Shown here: piece after piece, positions 59,375 through 64,000 of the stretch
Position numbering within the stretch: the first letter of the stretch is position 1
How the letters are laid out: every line of letters starts with the position of its first letter
Virus record (IMG/VR): IMGVR_UViG_3300013004_000043
Span: 1-64,000 of that record
DNA: 64,000 nt
Origin: an uncultured virus (IMG/VR IMGVR_UViG_3300013004_000043)
Lineage: Duplodnaviria; Heunggongvirae; Uroviricota; Caudoviricetes
Strand: one strand, 5' to 3'
Notes under the pieces: model-generated
Database searches by the model: none
Told to the model about the DNA's origin: nothing
Seen by the model: only the letters and a program-made list of their open reading frames with translations
Translations under genes and position numbers: made by a program

Positions 59375-60834
59375 CCGTGTTTTCTGTAAACTTTCATACG
59401 ACCTTTTGTGTGCCGATTAAAACCACTGTCCCAGCCGTCAAGATAGTCGTGAATAACACCGCTAGCTTTGCCTTCAGCGATGCGACTAACGCGGCCTGGA
59501 ATTTGCGTGCTGTCAATTTCACTGCTGCCGCCGTTTCCACGTATAAGTACAGCTAAGTTGTTAAACGAAACACCTACATTCCAAACAGTCGTAGCAATCA
59601 CTTTTTTCAATTGACCTTTTTCAAACTGCTGCGTGAGCATCTTCTTACGTGTAAAATCCATAAGCGGTTCTTCGGAACTACAAAACCCTTGTTGCTTGTA
59701 GGCCTGGAGCTCTTGCGGTTCCAGCCCATTGTCAGCATACACCAAAGTAAACTCAGGCAACAGCTTTTTCAAATGAAAAGCGTGAATAATGGTATCTACC
59801 GTAATAAGTACTTGCGTATCTTTATCGTAGCTCCTGGCATCTTGTGCGATCAAAGCGTTGCGACCGTCGTTTTTCCACAAACCTGCACGTTTTCGTTTAA
59901 CTTTTTCGTCCGTGTCTATACCGGCACAGGGATTGTAGTCCAGCTTTACGTTTGTCCAATGCACTTCAATAGGAACAACCAGTCCCGCCCCCTGGGAAGT
60001 CTGGTAATCCACACGATAAATTATCGGCCCAAATATTCCCTCTAATCGCAAATCCTTTCCATCAAATCGAGCATCGTGCGAAGCTGATAATCCGTAGTTT
60101 CGACTGTTTTGCCAGCGAATAAGCTCTTCTGAGGCGTTATCCGCTGCAAGTTCATGGCACTCGTCTCCGATAAGAATATCGGCGTCCGCCGGACTGTGCT
60201 TAAGCGAACCAGCCGTGTAACACATGACTCGTCGGTTTTTAACCTTGTGGCCGCCACCTACAATGCCGACGTCACCAACCATGGAAGTAAGCTCGTTGTA
60301 GATTCTATCACAAAGAACAGGCACACGCCTGGAAACGATATCAATCCTAGCTTTAGGAAAAACTGACGCAATAATTCCTATCATAAACGATTTACCGAAA
60401 CCAGGAGCACAGTCAATTCTACCGCAACTATTGTTGATGACTGCCTGCAAAAACTCAGGTTGATGTTCTCGTAACGTGTAATCTTTGATGTTCTGCATGT
60501 AAAGCTTGAATCGATCTGGCTTTTTTACCGTGGTAGTATCGACAAAGCTAACTTTGTAGCCCGCAGCTTTAAGTGTTTTAGATATGGTTTTCCAAAAACC
60601 AAAAGGTGTGGCTATTCGTCCTTTATGATCTAGCTCAAACAAAGTGTGGTGGTCGATTGCAAATGGCTTTTGTCCGCTTCTTTTAGCCTCGTAAAGCTCT
60701 TTTCCAACAAGTTGCCTATACGAGTCGAAACTAAGCTTTGGCGACAATATAGCTTCTATTTTGTCATCTGGAATTAAAGGATCAACAAGCAAAAAATTAC
60801 CGTTTTTACGTAAAACAACTTCTTTAGCCATCAT
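59326..60834 (-). CDS. SF2 DExH helicase (UvsW-like)
   Basis: LREHQ, APGFGKS, DECH, LSAS, GVS, QIPGRVSR; start moved to MMAK (60843, 60834 or 60831). Confidence 0.88.
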   Translation of the reverse strand: MMAKEVVLRKNGNFLLVDPLIPDDKIEAILSPKLSFDSYRQLVGKELYEAKRSGQKPFAIDHHTLFELDHKGRIATPFGFWKTISKTLKAAGYKVSFVDTTTVKKPDRFKLYMQNIKDYTLREHQPEFLQAVINNSCGRIDCAPGFGKSFMIGIIASVFPKARIDIVSRRVPVLCDRIYNELTSMVGDVGIVGGGHKVKNRRVMCYTAGSLKHSPADADILIGDECHELAADNASEELIRWQNSRNYGLSASHDARFDGKDLRLEGIFGPIIYRVDYQTSQGAGLVVPIEVHWTNVKLDYNPCAGIDTDEKVKRKRAGLWKNDGRNALIAQDARSYDKDTQVLITVDTIIHAFHLKKLLPEFTLVYADNGLEPQELQAYKQQGFCSSEEPLMDFTRKKMLTQQFEKGQLKKVIATTVWNVGVSFNNLAVLIRGNGGSSEIDSTQIPGRVSRIAEGKASGVIHDYLDGWDSGFNRHTKGRMKVYRKHGWRQKFQNPQLEKEYE

Positions 60835-60842
60835 ATAGCCCA

Positions 60843-60870
60843 TTGTAAACAAGAGATTTTCAAGTAGAAT
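60843..60870 (+). promoter_or_regulatory. Sigma70-like promoter, antisense to the gene block
   Basis: TTGTAA-N16-TAGAAT, the same spacer length as the 7237-7264 promoter. Confidence 0.45.
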
Positions 60871-60875
60871 AGCTA

Positions 60876-60937
60876 TAGCTGCGACGACAGCGAAGCCAAT
60901 TACCATCTGAGCCTCACAACTCAGATGGTTTTTTTTT
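60876..60937 (+). ncRNA. Candidate ~60-nt small RNA
   Basis: Lies between a plus-strand promoter and terminator; hairpin GCTG CGACGA CAGC. Confidence 0.4.
60902..60937 (+). terminator. Intrinsic terminator, plus-strand orientation
   Basis: ACCATCTGAG CCTCACAA CTCAGATGGT followed by a T run to 60937. Confidence 0.75.
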
Positions 60938-60939
60938 GT

Positions 60940-61416
60940 CTAATCCGAAGTTTTGTTTTGTCTTTCAAACACGTCGACAACTTCATAATGCCCATACTCG
61001 CCAGGCTTCCAAGGTGATAAACCTTTGTACTTGCCTGCAATGGTCATAAGCTGAACAAACACGTCCGGCAAAAAGCCAGTCGGTAAAACAAAAGCAATCG
61101 TAGCAATCTGGCCCGGCACTATTGATTCGTGAACGGAATAACGTTCTCTGCCGACTGCATTCTTGTAGTAAACTCTGTGCCATCTTTTTTCCCTTAGTTC
61201 AACGTCGATTGCAGTGTCCCAGTGAATTTTCTTTACTGCGTCTTGATGCGACGAAAGTAGTTTCGACGCCATTACCATGTTCGATCTATGCCATGTCGAC
61301 AAAAACAAAATCTTGTCTGTTAGGTTTCTGGCAAACAAAAATCGACCAGACTCCTTGTCCTTAGCATTACCCAAACAAGGCGACGTAAATCGTATCTGAA
61401 CGTTGTAATCTTTCAT
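60940..61416 (-). CDS. Stand-alone RAMP-fold (Cas7/Csm3-like) protein
   Basis: N-terminal strand VQIRFTSPCLG, F.R..D.I, ESIVPGQ, C-terminal G-rich loop GKYKGLSPWKPGEYGHYEV. Confidence 0.65.
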   Translation of the reverse strand: MKDYNVQIRFTSPCLGNAKDKESGRFLFARNLTDKILFLSTWHRSNMVMASKLLSSHQDAVKKIHWDTAIDVELREKRWHRVYYKNAVGRERYSVHESIVPGQIATIAFVLPTGFLPDVFVQLMTIAGKYKGLSPWKPGEYGHYEVVDVFERQNKTSD

Positions 61417-62237
61417 TTTTTCTCGAGACTACTTAAATACATTTTCTTCGCTTGATGGCTTTTAAAAAAAATATCTGCGTCAAAAAACTCTAGCTTGGTC
61501 TGAAAAGAAAGCCAATGTCTTACGACAAAGTGTAAAAAAAGACGAGATAGCTCAAAAAGCTTGTTTTTCGATGCTCTGGCTTTTGCTTCTACATGTAGAA
61601 AATTGTCCGTGGGGACAACTTTTAAAGCATCATGCAAAACTATGGCTCGACTACACTCTGCGTCGTTTGGATTTGTTTTTAAACCAAAATAGCGTTCAAT
61701 GCGTTGTAAACCCCCGTAATTCGGTATCAACCATCTTGGTTCTACCAAAGTCGCGACAAAATGCATTGCTGGGTCTAAGTTCCAATCAGAACCTAAAGCC
61801 GAAAATACCGGAGCCAAACAGTGGTCTTGCCAAGCTATGTCGACGGCTTCAGGTATGTTTTCATACATGCCTCTGGCAAGCAAGTACGTGTTTATAGAAT
61901 TGTCGTCAAGCAAATGCCAGTTACACGACTGCCGCCTGCAAGAAGGTATAACGGCAAGGTCGTATAAAAAGTACTTCGACATAGCTAGCGTGCTTGACCA
62001 AGGTAATGTCGATCCAACGTAGACTCGCGACAAGTTGTCAGCCTTTACCTTGTATCTCCGCACCGTATCGAAATACAACTCAGTAAGTATAGCGTAATTC
62101 GAGGGGAAACCAACCACCCAGTAATCAGACGCAGGCAACTCGCCAAACTTAGGCTTAACTATGTCTTTACCCGCCTGCAGACTCCAAATGTCGCCATTGG
62201 AGTCTGCGTGTAAGCAAATAAGTGGTTTGGTTGTCAT
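61413..62237 (-). CDS. IS110/TIGR-Tas-like Nop-domain protein, probably nuclease-dead
   Basis: H..VFSALG..FVATLVEPRW...RIERYFGL resembles L.AEIGD.RF..KL..Y.GL; terminal helix LSRLFLHFVVRHW resembles R..KLFL..LW..W. Confidence 0.5.
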   Translation of the reverse strand: MTTKPLICLHADSNGDIWSLQAGKDIVKPKFGELPASDYWVVGFPSNYAILTELYFDTVRRYKVKADNLSRVYVGSTLPWSSTLAMSKYFLYDLAVIPSCRRQSCNWHLLDDNSINTYLLARGMYENIPEAVDIAWQDHCLAPVFSALGSDWNLDPAMHFVATLVEPRWLIPNYGGLQRIERYFGLKTNPNDAECSRAIVLHDALKVVPTDNFLHVEAKARASKNKLFELSRLFLHFVVRHWLSFQTKLEFFDADIFFKSHQAKKMYLSSLEKK

Positions 62238-64000
62238 TTTTCGATTGTGATCATTTGGTCAAAGGCACTGGTCATATCTTGAACGTGCGTGATGACAACA
62301 ATCTGCTTCTGAGCTCCAACGTTAGCAGACCAACTCTGCATCGCGTCGTGAAAGTAAGCGACATTGTCAGCATCCAGCCCGGCTGTGGGCTCGTCCAAAA
62401 ACAGCATACCAATATTATGACCGAAAAGCCTATCCAAAGCCGCCCGAAAAGCAATAGCCAGTATGACTTTCTGCCCGCCACTCAGCTGTCGTGCTGAAAC
62501 GCTTGGTTTACCTGGAAAGGTAACCTTGAACGACAAGTCATTTGACGCTTCCACCGTAAAAGGCGAGTTAAACAAATCGAGCTGCTCGTTGATGTGCGAC
62601 TCTAGTCGAACCAAATTATTCTGAGCAACACGCTTTGGTAATCCAGACCAGTGAAACGCACTAGCAACACGGTCTATAACGTCAGCCAGTGCCTTGATTT
62701 TTACCTCTCTGGCAAGCGTCGCTTTGACTTTTGCCAGCATTTCTTTGGTTTTAGCCAACTGCTGTGTCGTTGTTTCGTATTGCGACGCCAGTTTAGCTTT
62801 TTGCAACAAAGCCTCCCTATGCTCTGCCAACTTCTGCAGCAAGGAATCGTCAGCGTCACCTGCCAATAAAAGCAAAGACTCGAGCTGCTTTTCATTGCTG
62901 TCGATTTGAGCTCTAGTTTGCATTATACGCCCATTCAAATGGTCTAAATCTGCTTTTAGCGACTCGTACTTTGGCCGCGTCGCCGTTACTGCTTCTTTTG
63001 CGTTTTTACGCGAACGCAAAACATTCAACGCATTTTCAAGCTGCGAGTCTGAGACTTCAACAGAAACATGCGACAAACCTTGTAGTTCAGCTTTCGCGTT
63101 ATCCAGTTTAACTTGTCGCTCTTGCCTATTCTTTTGCGTCGCGTCTAGTTGCCTGTAAAAATGACTACTTTGCGTCAAATCTGCATCAAGTTTTTCTCTC
63201 CGCGTTTCGAGCTCAGCTCTTTCATCTACTAGCTTTTGTTTGTGGCTTGCTGGCAATTCTTGTAAACAAGAAGAACATATCGTTTTGTTGCCTTTCGATA
63301 AACTAAAAACTGCAGCATCTAACTCTTGAGCCTTTGCGGCCATTCTTTCTTTTTCGTTCCGTTTGACGGGAAGTTCCTCAGCCAAATAAATTGGTTTGCT
63401 AGAAAGCTGTTTCGCAATATCTGCGTCGAGCTGCTCGATCTGACCTTCATATAGCGAAATAATTTTTTGAAATTCTTCTCGCTTCGCTTCGAATGCGGTT
63501 TGAGCGTTTTTATCTCTAACAGTCTGTTCTGCCAGTTCGCAAACCTTTTTGTGTTTCTCAAGCCAAGCGTTGGCGGATTTTAGCTTACCGTCAATTTGCG
63601 TAAACTGCTTTTCCTTTTCAAGAAACGCAGCTTGCAGTTCGTCAGCCGCGTAGCAAGCTTTGTCTTTGGCTGCCCTTAAAGTGCCCGCATCTTTAAAAGC
63701 TTGCCATTTGGCTTCAGCCGCTTTGGCCGCGTCTTCTTTAAGCAAACCTTTGATTTTAGTTGCCTGAATAGTCGCGAGTGTTTCTTCTAACTGTAAAATG
63801 TTACTTTCAAGATCTAAGCTGTTATCCAATGTTTGCCTGCCAGCAATCTTGTCCCTAAAAGCTACGCAAGTTTTATGTAAACCAATAGCTGACTCAACGC
63901 CGCAAAGGTGCTGAAAAGCTTTGGCCCTAACACTCTCTGTGTCATCAAGAAAACTAAACATTTCCCACTGGTCAACGAACACGTAGCGTTCAATTACGTT
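62234..64000 (-). CDS. SbcC/Rad50/gp46-like SMC ATPase (N-terminus outside the window)
   Basis: Coiled coil with CSSC zinc hook, LSGGQ signature, FLDEP Walker B, ITH H-loop; frame open to the window edge. Confidence 0.92.
   Translation of the reverse strand, partial: NVIERYVFVDQWEMFSFLDDTESVRAKAFQHLCGVESAIGLHKTCVAFRDKIAGRQTLDNSLDLESNILQLEETLATIQATKIKGLLKEDAAKAAEAKWQAFKDAGTLRAAKDKACYAADELQAAFLEKEKQFTQIDGKLKSANAWLEKHKKVCELAEQTVRDKNAQTAFEAKREEFQKIISLYEGQIEQLDADIAKQLSSKPIYLAEELPVKRNEKERMAAKAQELDAAVFSLSKGNKTICSSCLQELPASHKQKLVDERAELETRREKLDADLTQSSHFYRQLDATQKNRQERQVKLDNAKAELQGLSHVSVEVSDSQLENALNVLRSRKNAKEAVTATRPKYESLKADLDHLNGRIMQTRAQIDSNEKQLESLLLLAGDADDSLLQKLAEHREALLQKAKLASQYETTTQQLAKTKEMLAKVKATLAREVKIKALADVIDRVASAFHWSGLPKRVAQNNLVRLESHINEQLDLFNSPFTVEASNDLSFKVTFPGKPSVSARQLSGGQKVILAIAFRAALDRLFGHNIGMLFLDEPTAGLDADNVAYFHDAMQSWSANVGAQKQIVVITHVQDMTSAFDQMITIEK

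Noticed and set aside
60835..60906. Hydrophobic N-terminal extension (MVIGFAVVAA...) on the SF2 helicase
   Set aside because: Its ATG lies within a terminator hairpin; a downstream Met is a more plausible start
61413..62237. Active IS110 insertion element
   Set aside because: No non-coding ends or bridge-RNA-sized flank, no clear catalytic tetrad, and translational coupling on both sides
1..64000. CRISPR array or TIGR-type tandem array
   Set aside because: No regularly spaced repeat-spacer series was found by eye in any intergenic gap
1..64000. Plus-strand ORFs in the six-frame track
   Set aside because: They lie antisense to coherent minus-strand genes or RNA elements and show no recognisable motifs
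1..64000. Genome-wide stop-codon reassignment
   Set aside because: Core genes are intact under the standard code, and many end in TAG or TGA abutting the next gene

Overview
A 64-kb segment of a large (probably jumbo) dsDNA phage genome. Essentially all credible genes are tightly packed on the minus strand. The host is plausibly a Planctomycete, inferred from family resemblance of a secreted CAP-like protein and a GYF_2/DUF4282 protein. Reading right to left (the direction of transcription): (1) a replication/recombination module (SbcC/Rad50-like ATPase, UvsW-like SF2 helicase, DnaB-like helicase, primase, family-A DNA polymerase with an N-terminal UDG-like domain, dTMP kinase, probable SSB, RecA/UvsX, DEDDh exonuclease, endonuclease VII); (2) a probable portal next to a glycosyltransferase cluster; (3) about 19 kb of small accessory ORFs, including module-shuffled paralogues; (4) low-complexity, probably virion-internal proteins punctuated by K-x-A motifs and carrying Nudix and Dps domains, plus tRNA-Thr and a ~300-nt structured intergenic RNA candidate; (5) an array of aberrant tRNA-like elements. 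The best candidate for an undescribed system sits inside the replication module: an IS110/TIGR-Tas-like Nop-fold gene translationally coupled to a stand-alone Cas7-like RAMP gene, followed by a convergent ~60-nt small-RNA unit, with no CRISPR array or cas1/2 in the window. All protein calls are motif recognition by eye; no searches were run.
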